From: Actinomycetota bacterium
GTDB lineage: Bacteria; Actinomycetota; Geothermincolia; Geothermincolales; RBG-13-55-18
Length of the DNA stretch: 64,000 nucleotides
Direction of reading: 5' to 3'
Assembly (NCBI GenBank): GCA_014360655.1
Contig: JACIXC010000001.1
Coordinates: forward strand, 17,173-81,172
Shown: in pieces, positions 38,045-46,598 of the stretch
Layout of the letters: the number at the start of each line of letters is the position of its first letter
Numbering within the stretch: position 1 is the stretch's first letter
Program-made: the position numbers and the translations under genes
Notes under the pieces: generated by a model
Told to the model about the DNA's origin: nothing
Seen by the model: the letters and a program-made list of their open reading frames with translations, nothing else
Database searches by the model: none

Positions 38045-39520
38045 TCACCTCACCCCCTTCTTGAAGGGGCGCGGCACTTCCACCTTCAGCGACCCCTCCA
38101 CTTCCGTGTTGAAGACCACCAGGCGGTTGAGCTGGTTGGTCCCCTCGTAGATCTGGGTCAGCTTCGCGTCGCGCAGGGACTTTTCCACCCAGCGGCGGTG
38201 CGGGGTATCGTCCAGCCCCATGACCTCCAGCGCCCGCGAGATGATCTCCATGGCGTTGTCCGCGCAGCGGAACTTGGCCAGGGAAGCCTTGGCCAGGAGG
38301 TCCGTGACCTCCTCGTCCCCTATGAAATGGCGGAATAGGGTGTTCACAACCCCCTTGCCGTAATAGGAGTTGTAGAAGGCCGCCATGGGCTTCGCGGTGC
38401 GCAGGGCGCGCGGCATGCTGAAGGCCGCCTGGAAGACGGGATGGGTGAAGGCGCTGCGGAAGACGGCATCCCCCAGCAGGGCGTGGTTGAGGTACAGGCC
38501 CCGGTTCTCCTGGATCATGGCCAGCATGTCCGCCAGGGTCATGCGCACGCGGTCCTCGTCCGCGGGACGTTTGCCGTTACGCCTTTCCAGCGCCCAGGCC
38601 CGGAAGTGCTCGAAGGCCCCCCGGGCGATGCCCGTGGCTATGGCCCCCACGGGACCACGCGAGGAGGCCATGATGATGAGAATGCCGTTGGCCATGCCGT
38701 CGCCGGGATAGCCGAGCACGTGGGAATCGGGGACGAAAACGTCCTCGAAGAGCAACTCCGCCGCGTGGCAGGCGCGCTGTCCCATCTTCAGCTCCACGCG
38801 AGGTGTGGAAAATCCTTCCATGCCCCTCTCCACCAGGAAGGTGGTCCATGTTTCAAGGGGCCGGCTGCGGTCGATCGCCGCGCACACCGTTATGTACTTG
38901 GCCTCGCTGCCGCCGGATATGAAGCACTTGCGGCCGTTGAGGATGTAGCCTCCTTTCACCCTCCTGGCCTCCAGGCTGAGGCGGGCCACCTCCAGGAACT
39001 CCGGTTCCTCCACGTCGGTTCCCGCCGAAGGCTCGGTGATGGCATAGGCCATGACCACCGGGTTGCCCTTCTTCTCCTCCTCCGCTATCTCGTGCAGGAC
39101 GGTGTCCCAGTGGGCCAGGGCCCCGGAGGCGATCACCGGGGAGACCCCCAGGCTGTGGGCCCCTATGGCCAGCCCGATACCCCCGCAGCAGGAGCACAGC
39201 TCCTCCACCACCAGGGACATGCCGGAAACCAGGTACTCCTTGGCCAGCCCTCCCACCACCTCGGGGATGATCAGGGAGAAGAAACGGTACTTGCAGGCCT
39301 CCCGCATCATCTCCCAGTCGAAGTACTCCGGCTCGCGCTCCATGCGCTCGTCCAGGGCGAGGGCCCTCGGCTCCGCCACCGCGCGGTTATATTCCACGGC
39401 CCTCTCCACCAGCTCGATCAGCCAGTCGATCCCCTTGCGGTCATGCTCGCGCAGGGCGGCCAGGACGGGGAAATCGGTCAGCACCCTCTTTCCCACTTCG
39501 CTCACTCCGCGTCCTCTCAT
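38045..39520 (-). CDS. Acyl-CoA dehydrogenase (catalytic subunit)
   Basis: 491 aa from ATG 39520 (SD GGAGAGGGGGG). C-terminal LTQIYEGTNQLNRLVV carries the catalytic Glu. Confidence 0.8.
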   Translation of the reverse strand: MRGRGVSEVGKRVLTDFPVLAALREHDRKGIDWLIELVERAVEYNRAVAEPRALALDERMEREPEYFDWEMMREACKYRFFSLIIPEVVGGLAKEYLVSGMSLVVEELCSCCGGIGLAIGAHSLGVSPVIASGALAHWDTVLHEIAEEEKKGNPVVMAYAITEPSAGTDVEEPEFLEVARLSLEARRVKGGYILNGRKCFISGGSEAKYITVCAAIDRSRPLETWTTFLVERGMEGFSTPRVELKMGQRACHAAELLFEDVFVPDSHVLGYPGDGMANGILIIMASSRGPVGAIATGIARGAFEHFRAWALERRNGKRPADEDRVRMTLADMLAMIQENRGLYLNHALLGDAVFRSAFTHPVFQAAFSMPRALRTAKPMAAFYNSYYGKGVVNTLFRHFIGDEEVTDLLAKASLAKFRCADNAMEIISRALEVMGLDDTPHRRWVEKSLRDAKLTQIYEGTNQLNRLVVFNTEVEGSLKVEVPRPFKKGVR

Positions 39521-40346
39521 GATCCCCCCTCTCCGTAGACACCAAGAACCGTTCTCCCCTCCGCCGAAAAGCATGCGAAAACCTCCTCGCACCGCGTCAG
39601 GCCGGTGCAGTTCCCATGCTTTTCCTACTCCCCGCCGCTTCCGCCGGAATCGCAGCCCTTCACGTTCCCCGGGGTGGGCCGGCCCGGCCAGCCGGCGACC
39701 CCGCCCACACGCATACAAAAGGAACGCAACTGTACATACGTATAATACAATAAATCCTTTCACTGCAAAGACGGCGGTGGATTCTTCCCCTTGTAAAAAG
39801 AATCTCCCGTCATCAGGCCACCTGCCTCGCGCACGGGACGGGAACCCAGCGCTTGAAGCGAACTTGCGATCTCATCGACGTCGGGGGCTCCGGAGGCCGG
39901 CCGCTCCCCGGCGAGTTGCCGGTGCACTGTCCCGCACCGCCGGGCCGTTGTCTTTCGGCGCGCGTTCACTCCCGCAAGTCAAACCCACAGCCGCCTCCCT
40001 TGGGCGCATGCATGCCCGCGCACCCTGTCGAACGGTAGCTCTTGGTCAACGGTGACTTTAAACCGCCGGTGGAAAAATCCGATAGAATAGTAAGTGTCAG
40101 TTGCTGCGGCCGCCCGGGAAGGCCCGACAACACCGCGAAGGACGGGAGGCGGGGGGTGCCGCTTGCGCGGGGAGGACCAGGCAAGGGGGCATGTGCTCCC
40201 GGTAAGCATGGGAAGTCGATGTTTTTCAGTAATCCGCTTCCTTGGCATGGCGGAACGCCAAACGGGAAGGGGTGAAAGAATGCCCTGTCAGCACGGCCTC
40301 GCATGCCGCACCCAGGTGGCATTACGGAGTAAGAGAGTGAGGTATC

Positions 40347-42509
40347 GTGTTTAAGTTCGTCCTGACCGCCCTGGAGGCCGCCCTCCTGATGAGCATGGCC
40401 GTGGCGGTCCTGGCGGCGAAGCGAAGGGCGAGCCTCAACCGCCATTTTTCCCTTTTCCTGGCCCTGGTTTCTCTATGGCTCCTCTCGGGTTTCGTCGACC
40501 GCCTGGTGCCCCGGCCCTCAACTTTCTTCGTCACCATGCAATACCGCTCCTCCTACGCCGTGGCGTCGCTCGCCGTTCCCTCCTTCTTCCTCTTCGGCCT
40601 CGCCTTCCTGCGGGGGACCAGGCCGCCTTCCTGGCTGACCCGCGTCGTCTATGCCGCCGCCGCGCTCCTGGCCTTCATCTGCTTCACGGACATGGTCATC
40701 GGGGAAGCCTCCTACCGGGATGGCTACTACCTGGTGACCAACGGTCCGTTGTACGCCCTTTTCACGTTCTACTTCCTGCTGCTGGGCGGCGCGAGTTTCT
40801 TCTTCATATTCCTGAAATGGCGACATTCGCACAGCATCGACCGCTCGCGGGCGCTCTACATACTCATCGGTTTCGGCATCTTCTTCGTCCTCGCCTTCCT
40901 CCTCACCATCGTCATACCGGGGGTGATGAACCGCGACGTGACCTCGGACTACACCTTCCTCTCGGTGATAATCCCGGCCGCCTTCACCGCCTACGCCATC
41001 ATGCGCTACCAGTTGCTGGACGTGCGCATCGCCATGCGCCGCTCCTTCGCCTACCTGCTCAGCCTGGCGCTCTTCGTGACCCCCGTCATCCTCGCTTATG
41101 CCGTCCTGAACTCCATATGGGATCCCGACCCGGCCCTGGAGCGGGTTTTCTTCCTCGTCGCCCTGGCCCTTGCAGTGGCTTTCGCACCGGCGCTGCGTAA
41201 ACTGTGCTTCCGCTTCGCCTCCCGCTTTCTCTTCGCGAGCCTGTACGACGAGGTGGCATTGCTGCACGAGGTCTCCACCGTTCTTACCCGCAACCCCGAC
41301 ATCAGGGATGGGACGGCCGCTGCCGCGGCGCTGGTCAGCCGGCAACTCCATCTCGAGAAACTCGCCGTGGTCATACCGAGGGAGATCTTCTCGGGCAAGG
41401 GCGACTGGATCATGGGCGCGCGCAGGCAGGGAGAAACCTATGAGGACTTCCGGGATATGGATTACTCGGGCTCCCCCCTCCACCGCCTGCGGCAGCACCC
41501 GCTGGTGCTCGATGACATCGCCTTCGACACGCAGGCGGGCGATGGGGAAAGGCAGCTGCGCGACGAGATGCGGAGCCAGGGGCTGGTCGCGTGTCTACCC
41601 GTCAAAGGCACCCTGGGGGAGGTGGGGGTGCTGCTGGTGGGGAAAAAGACGGCTCCGGCCTCGCTGGATCCCGCGGACCTTGCTTTCCTGCGCCGGCTAA
41701 GCGAGAGCCTCGGCATCTTCATCGAGAACTACCTCCTCTCCACCTACCTCGCGGCACAGCTGGAGGAGGCCCGCGATTTCCAGAAAAAGGTGGAGGAGCT
41801 GGACCGCCTCAAAACGGACATCATCAACGTGACCTCCCATGAATTCCGCACCCCCATCACCATCCTCAACGGTTACGCCATATTGCTGCGCGACCACTAC
41901 CACGAGTTCAGCGAGGAGCAGAGGGAGGAATGCATCCGGCACATCACCAACTCCTGCCAGCGCCTCACGGCCCTCCTTAACCAGTTCATCACCATCTCGC
42001 GCTTCCAGAGAAAGGAAGCCTCATTGAGCACGGAGGTCATACCGGTGAGCGAGATCTTCGAGAGCCTGCGCTCCGGCCTGGAGCCGGAGGCGAGCAAACG
42101 CCTGGCCAGCGAGATCGCGGGAGGGGATATCCGCGTGGCCTCCGACCGCTCTTACCTCATGGTGCTCCTCAAGAACATCGTGGAGAACGCCATCCGCTTC
42201 AGCCCCCCGGAGAGCCCGGTGATAATGAGGGCCGAGGCGGAGGACGACCGGGTGTGTATCTCGGTGCGCGACTTCGGGACGGGCATGGACGCCTCCGAGG
42301 TGCGCAACATCTTCAATCCCTTCGACCGCCTGGAGGACGTGGACAAGCACCAGACGGGTATCGGCCTGGGTCTTTACATCGTGCGCCTCATCGCCGACTT
42401 CCTGAACACGGAGATCGAGGTGGACACCCGCCCGGGGGAGGGGACCAGGTTCTCCTTCCGCCTCCCCGCGAACGGCGGCGAACTGCCCGAACCGGAGGCA
42501 CGGGGCTGA
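40347..42509 (+). CDS. Membrane sensor histidine kinase (multi-TM sensor + HisKA + HATPase_c), orphan
   Basis: 720 aa. About 7 N-terminal TM helices. H-box VTSHEFRTPIT. G-boxes DFGTGMD and GIGLGL. No cognate regulator adjacent. Confidence 0.85.
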   Translation: MFKFVLTALEAALLMSMAVAVLAAKRRASLNRHFSLFLALVSLWLLSGFVDRLVPRPSTFFVTMQYRSSYAVASLAVPSFFLFGLAFLRGTRPPSWLTRVVYAAAALLAFICFTDMVIGEASYRDGYYLVTNGPLYALFTFYFLLLGGASFFFIFLKWRHSHSIDRSRALYILIGFGIFFVLAFLLTIVIPGVMNRDVTSDYTFLSVIIPAAFTAYAIMRYQLLDVRIAMRRSFAYLLSLALFVTPVILAYAVLNSIWDPDPALERVFFLVALALAVAFAPALRKLCFRFASRFLFASLYDEVALLHEVSTVLTRNPDIRDGTAAAAALVSRQLHLEKLAVVIPREIFSGKGDWIMGARRQGETYEDFRDMDYSGSPLHRLRQHPLVLDDIAFDTQAGDGERQLRDEMRSQGLVACLPVKGTLGEVGVLLVGKKTAPASLDPADLAFLRRLSESLGIFIENYLLSTYLAAQLEEARDFQKKVEELDRLKTDIINVTSHEFRTPITILNGYAILLRDHYHEFSEEQREECIRHITNSCQRLTALLNQFITISRFQRKEASLSTEVIPVSEIFESLRSGLEPEASKRLASEIAGGDIRVASDRSYLMVLLKNIVENAIRFSPPESPVIMRAEAEDDRVCISVRDFGTGMDASEVRNIFNPFDRLEDVDKHQTGIGLGLYIVRLIADFLNTEIEVDTRPGEGTRFSFRLPANGGELPEPEARG

Positions 42510-42533
42510 AGCGGCCCCCGCGAGAGAACGCGA

Positions 42534-43145
42534 TCAGCCGTCCACGAGCTCCAGGGAGTAGTAGACCTGGGCGTCCAGGCGGCGCGCGCGAACGGGTATC
42601 CCCACCTCCCCGTCGCGGCTCAGGTTCTCGATCACCGCGGCCAGGAATTCCTTGGCCTCGCTGAAATCGAAACCCGCGACCCGCCGCCCCTCCTTCATGA
42701 AGGAGAGCATGGCGCGCAGCAGCGACTTCACCTGTCCCATCCCCTGCGACTGCGGGTCGATGAAGATGGTGGTGACGTAGTAGAACCTGCCCTCCGCCAC
42801 CTCGCGCGGATACCTCCTGCGGAGGAAATCGGCGTTGATGTAGGCCACGGCCGCCTTATCCAGGTCGTTGACCGCCAGGGCAAGCCCGCTGGGACGGCCT
42901 TCCTCCACCACCACGAACTTCAGGTAGTCCGCGTCGCGGAGGGCCGCCAGGAAGCTCTCGCGGTCGTAGCACATCTGGTCCTGGTAGCTGTCAAGGGCGC
43001 CGAAACTCTCCTCGTACTTCCTCCAGAGGAGCTCCTCCCACTCGCGCGGGAGGTCGTCGCGGTAAATCCTGGTAACTGCGTGCCTGGTAACTGAGTGCTC
43101 TTCCGTCCTCTTCTCTGTGGTCGCCCTCATGTGCGCTCCTTTCAT
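42534..43145 (-). CDS. Hypothetical protein, possible GNAT-like acyltransferase
   Basis: 203 aa from ATG 43145, which overlaps the TGA of the upstream decarboxylase (ATGA). QSQGMGQ resembles GNAT motif A (Q/R-x-x-G-x-G/A). Weak assignment. Confidence 0.45.
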   Translation of the reverse strand: MKGAHMRATTEKRTEEHSVTRHAVTRIYRDDLPREWEELLWRKYEESFGALDSYQDQMCYDRESFLAALRDADYLKFVVVEEGRPSGLALAVNDLDKAAVAYINADFLRRRYPREVAEGRFYYVTTIFIDPQSQGMGQVKSLLRAMLSFMKEGRRVAGFDFSEAKEFLAAVIENLSRDGEVGIPVRARRLDAQVYYSLELVDG

Positions 43146-44635
43146 CCCTCGCTTGACATGAAATACACCGCGGGGGGCTCGAACCCGTTGAAGGCTGTGG
43201 AGCAGACATTGGTGTAAGCCCCGGTGCTCATGATGTAAACGCGATCGCCGCACTGCAACTCGGGAAGGGCGACGTCCCGCGCCACCACGTCCCCCGCGTC
43301 GCAGGTGGGCCCGCCCAGGCAGTACCTGCGCAGGGGGCCGTTGCCCTGCGCGTAAACCAGGTATGAGAAACGTTCCCTCTCCTGCACCGCTTCCACCAGT
43401 CCCTGGTAGATGCCGGCGTCCAGGTAGAGCCATTCCTGACCGTCGCGGCGCGCCTTGCCGATCACCGACGCCACCATGACCGCAGCGTCCCCCACGAGTG
43501 AGCGGCCCGGCTCGATGATCAGCCTGGGCCTGCGGTGAAAGTGCCCCCTCACCGCCAGGTTGAGGTTGCTGAGAAAGACCTCCTTGGCGAGGACCGAACC
43601 GGCATAGCGGATGGGGATGCCTCCCCCCACGTTCAGGAGGTGGAGGCATATGCCGGCCGCCTTCGCCCGGTTCCACACCCATGCCGCGGCGGCCACGGCG
43701 AGCCACCACGCGGAGGGTTCGAGGCATTGCGAGCCCACGTGAAAGGAAAGCCCCACGGGCCGCAAACCGGCCAGCTCCGCCGCGCCCATCAGGGCGACGG
43801 CTTCGCGGGGAGGGGCTCCGAACTTTTTCGAGAGGGGGAACACGCTCGCACCGCGGTCGGGCACCGCGAGCCGCAGGTAGACCCGGCATCCGGGCGCCGC
43901 CGCCGCCAGCTTGGCGATCTCCGCGTACGAATCGTAGGCGTAAAGGTCGACCCCCTCGCGGTACGCCCGCGCGATATGCTCCTCCACCTTCACCGGGGCG
44001 CCGAAGATGATCCTCTCCGGCTCCACCCCGATGTCCAGGAGCTTCCTCACCTCACCCCAGGACGCCGCCTCGAACCCCGAACCCCAGTCGCGCAGGAGCT
44101 CGAGTATGCCGCGGTGGTCATTGCACTTCACCGGATAGAATATCTCCGCCTGGCCCGGGAAACCGCTCAGGAGGCGGAAGTTGTCCAGGAGCCGGTCGAT
44201 GTCGAACACGATGAAGGGGGTCTTCGCGGACGCGTAATCCCTCTTGATCCTCTCGACCATGAGGCAGTCTCGCAAGTGCGGCAGGAGCGGCGAGTCGCGC
44301 CCCGGCACCCCCGGCACAAGAAGGTTCCTGCGTGCCGCGGCGTCTCCCACAGTGAGCAGCGCTTCTCCTGGCGCAAACCCCTCCTCGTGGTAATCGCCGC
44401 CGTCGTTTCCCACTGCGTGACCCGGGGTCAACCCGCAGCTCCGCGGGGAAGCGGGAAACCTTCCGTAGAGGCGAAAGAAGGAGCCCGCCAGCTCCTTCCA
44501 CCCGGAAGATCCGTCTCGCCCGCCCTTTTTCTCGTCTCGCGGGATCCAACCCGCACGCAGCGGTTGCTCCGCGGGCGAGCATCCCTCCCCTTCCGTCCGC
44601 ACCCGCCTCTCGACCGTGGCAACGTTCTCTTCCAT
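43142..44635 (-). CDS. Type-III-fold PLP-dependent decarboxylase (ornithine/lysine/arginine/DAP decarboxylase family)
   Basis: FYPVKCN PLP-lysine motif, GGG..IRY and CGPTCDAGD substrate-binding motifs. Start ambiguous: ATG 44635 (SD GGAAGGAAGG; adds a 125-aa N-terminal extension) or ATG 44260 (MVERIKRDYASAKTPFIVFDID, canonical ODC N-terminus). Confidence 0.8.
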   Translation of the reverse strand: MEENVATVERRVRTEGEGCSPAEQPLRAGWIPRDEKKGGRDGSSGWKELAGSFFRLYGRFPASPRSCGLTPGHAVGNDGGDYHEEGFAPGEALLTVGDAAARRNLLVPGVPGRDSPLLPHLRDCLMVERIKRDYASAKTPFIVFDIDRLLDNFRLLSGFPGQAEIFYPVKCNDHRGILELLRDWGSGFEAASWGEVRKLLDIGVEPERIIFGAPVKVEEHIARAYREGVDLYAYDSYAEIAKLAAAAPGCRVYLRLAVPDRGASVFPLSKKFGAPPREAVALMGAAELAGLRPVGLSFHVGSQCLEPSAWWLAVAAAAWVWNRAKAAGICLHLLNVGGGIPIRYAGSVLAKEVFLSNLNLAVRGHFHRRPRLIIEPGRSLVGDAAVMVASVIGKARRDGQEWLYLDAGIYQGLVEAVQERERFSYLVYAQGNGPLRRYCLGGPTCDAGDVVARDVALPELQCGDRVYIMSTGAYTNVCSTAFNGFEPPAVYFMSSEG

Positions 44636-44955
44636 CTGCCCCACCTTCCTTCCCGTGCCCTCTCGTCCCCTGCCTGCCGTACGGGGACCCTTGCCGTGCG
44701 TCGCGCCCTGACGGTCGCTCTCATGAAGCTTCGCCGGCAAACACGCCGGTGCCCGAGGGTTGCCCCCTGTGTTCCTTGCGCGCAAAAGCGACGCGGCTAG
44801 AGCCTTGCTCCCTGTCTGTTGGATTCCTTGCTTACGTGGGTGATCTGCGGGCTTCCACGCACATTATAGCGGAATGCCGCCATGCCGGGTCAACGGGCGG
44901 ACGGGCGTATCCCGCGGACAGAGGGCGCGGCGGCGGCAACCATGCGCGGCCGGGC

Positions 44956-45264
44956 TCAAGGCAGGAAACCGTAAGAGAGGCCGTCTCCCTCGCGGCGCAG
45001 GAAGAACCTCACCCTCTCCCCGCGCAGGAACCTCTCCTCGCAGAGGCCGCGCAGCGCCGCAAAATCGGCGCTCACGAGGAACTCGCGCAGCAGCTCGAGC
45101 CTCTCCCCGAGTTCCTCGTCGTCTCCCCCCTCCCGCAGGAGAGCGCGCATGATGCCGTCGTATTCCGTCCTTGCCGCCGTCTCCACGCAGTGGTCCGGGT
45201 CCACCTCGAGGACAATCTGCGGCGGTGGGGCCTCGTTCTCCCCTTTGCCCGTCCTTGCCGTCAT
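44956..45264 (-). CDS. Hypothetical small acidic protein
   Basis: 102 aa from ATG 45264 (SD GGAAAGGGG). No recognisable domain. Coding status uncertain. Confidence 0.3.
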   Translation of the reverse strand: MTARTGKGENEAPPPQIVLEVDPDHCVETAARTEYDGIMRALLREGGDDEELGERLELLREFLVSADFAALRGLCEERFLRGERVRFFLRREGDGLSYGFLP

Positions 45265-45610
45265 GCCGCGATCCCCTTTCCCCTGCCTTCCCCTGACCTT
45301 GCCCCGCCCAGGGACATCCCCTGGAGAAGCCGGGAACTGCCCTGATTTTACCACCAAGGACCGGCCTTCGTGCGCGCGGCAAAGTCGTCTACGCGAGAGG
45401 AGAAGCCTGGCCTGCCTGATCTTACCACCACGAACGCCGCTTTACCCATGGCATCGCGGTGTGAATCCCATATCGCCGTTGGCGCAAAAGGGACGCGCAT
45501 GCAGGAAGGTGCGCGTGGCAATGCGTATACCGCTCATCATGCCTCAGTGGACAATCCAGGAAGGTCCGGGGAGGGTCCAGGACCAGCGGCAAAGCCCGTG
45601 CTTCCCCGCG

Positions 45611-46258
45611 TTAACGCCCGGTTGCATCGGCTTCGTTGGAATAACCCCGGCTCTCCCAGTAACCACGGTATTCCCCGGAGGTCACCTCGATGCCGGTGAG
45701 CCACTTTATCCACTTGTAGCCCAGCTTTCCCGGGACCACCAGCCGCAGGGGGAATCCCTGCTCCCGCGGGAGCGTTTCCCCGTTGACGGCGTAGGCCAGA
45801 AGGGGGTCGCTCTCCCTTATGTCCTGCAGCGTGAGGGAGGTCGTGTAACCACCCGGGGAGGAGAAGACCACGCTATCGGCCTCCTCCCCGATGCCGGCCC
45901 TCTCCAGCAACGGCATGAGCCTCGTCCCCTTCCACAGGGCCCTCTCCGTCCATCCCTCCACGCAGGGGAGTTCGACCAACCTCTCCTCGGCGGGCAGGGC
46001 CGTGACTTCGGCGAGGCTAAGCGTGATCTCCTCTTCCACCAGGCCGGTGACCCGCAGGCGGTAGTCCGCTTCGTCGATGAAGGGCGCGGGCTCCGCGGTC
46101 CTCACCCGCATCTCGTCGACCGGCGTCACCTCGGCCCTGCTCCCGTCCGGGAGCAAAATCTCCGTCGAGGGCCCGTCTCCACGCGCAAGCGCCCACGCGA
46201 GACTCCCCACCAGGAGGGCAGCGATCACCACCCAGCCGTAACGCTTCAAGACATGCAT
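45611..46258 (-). CDS. Molybdopterin-dependent oxidoreductase domain protein (sulfite-oxidase/MsrP-like Moco domain), membrane-anchored
   Basis: 215 aa. N-terminal TM. Sequence pattern of the Oxidored_molyb domain (LPCVEGWTERALWKGTRL...PLRLVVPGKLGYKWIKW). Confidence 0.65.
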   Translation of the reverse strand: MHVLKRYGWVVIAALLVGSLAWALARGDGPSTEILLPDGSRAEVTPVDEMRVRTAEPAPFIDEADYRLRVTGLVEEEITLSLAEVTALPAEERLVELPCVEGWTERALWKGTRLMPLLERAGIGEEADSVVFSSPGGYTTSLTLQDIRESDPLLAYAVNGETLPREQGFPLRLVVPGKLGYKWIKWLTGIEVTSGEYRGYWESRGYSNEADATGR

Positions 46259-46598
46259 ATGCCTAGATTATCCGCCAGTCCATCCCGGCAGCCATGACGC
46301 CTCTCAACCCGCCCGGGCACTGCCTCCGTCCGGGTCGGAGAGCCCCCTTTCTCCCTCCCTCCCGCTGCAACCTTTCAATGGCGCAAGCGACCGGGGAAAC
46401 GGGTCGCCCCAATCCTGCGCCTGAAAAAGAGGAAAGGAGAGAAAGGCAGCGCCTCCCCTTTTTCCAATCATGCTGCCGGAAACGAGTGAAAGGCGCCTCC
46501 CTTCTTTGCTCGCCTTGCCTTACGCGCCCTCCTTCCCGGAAAGGCGATGGAGGAGAGTTTCCCCTCCTCCATCGCAGAGACTGATTACGGCTTACCTC

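Noticed and set aside
42534-43889. 451-aa maximal ORF overlapping the decarboxylase gene
   Set aside because: Only the C-terminal 203 aa have protein-like composition. Their ATG overlaps the decarboxylase stop (ATGA), indicating the true start.
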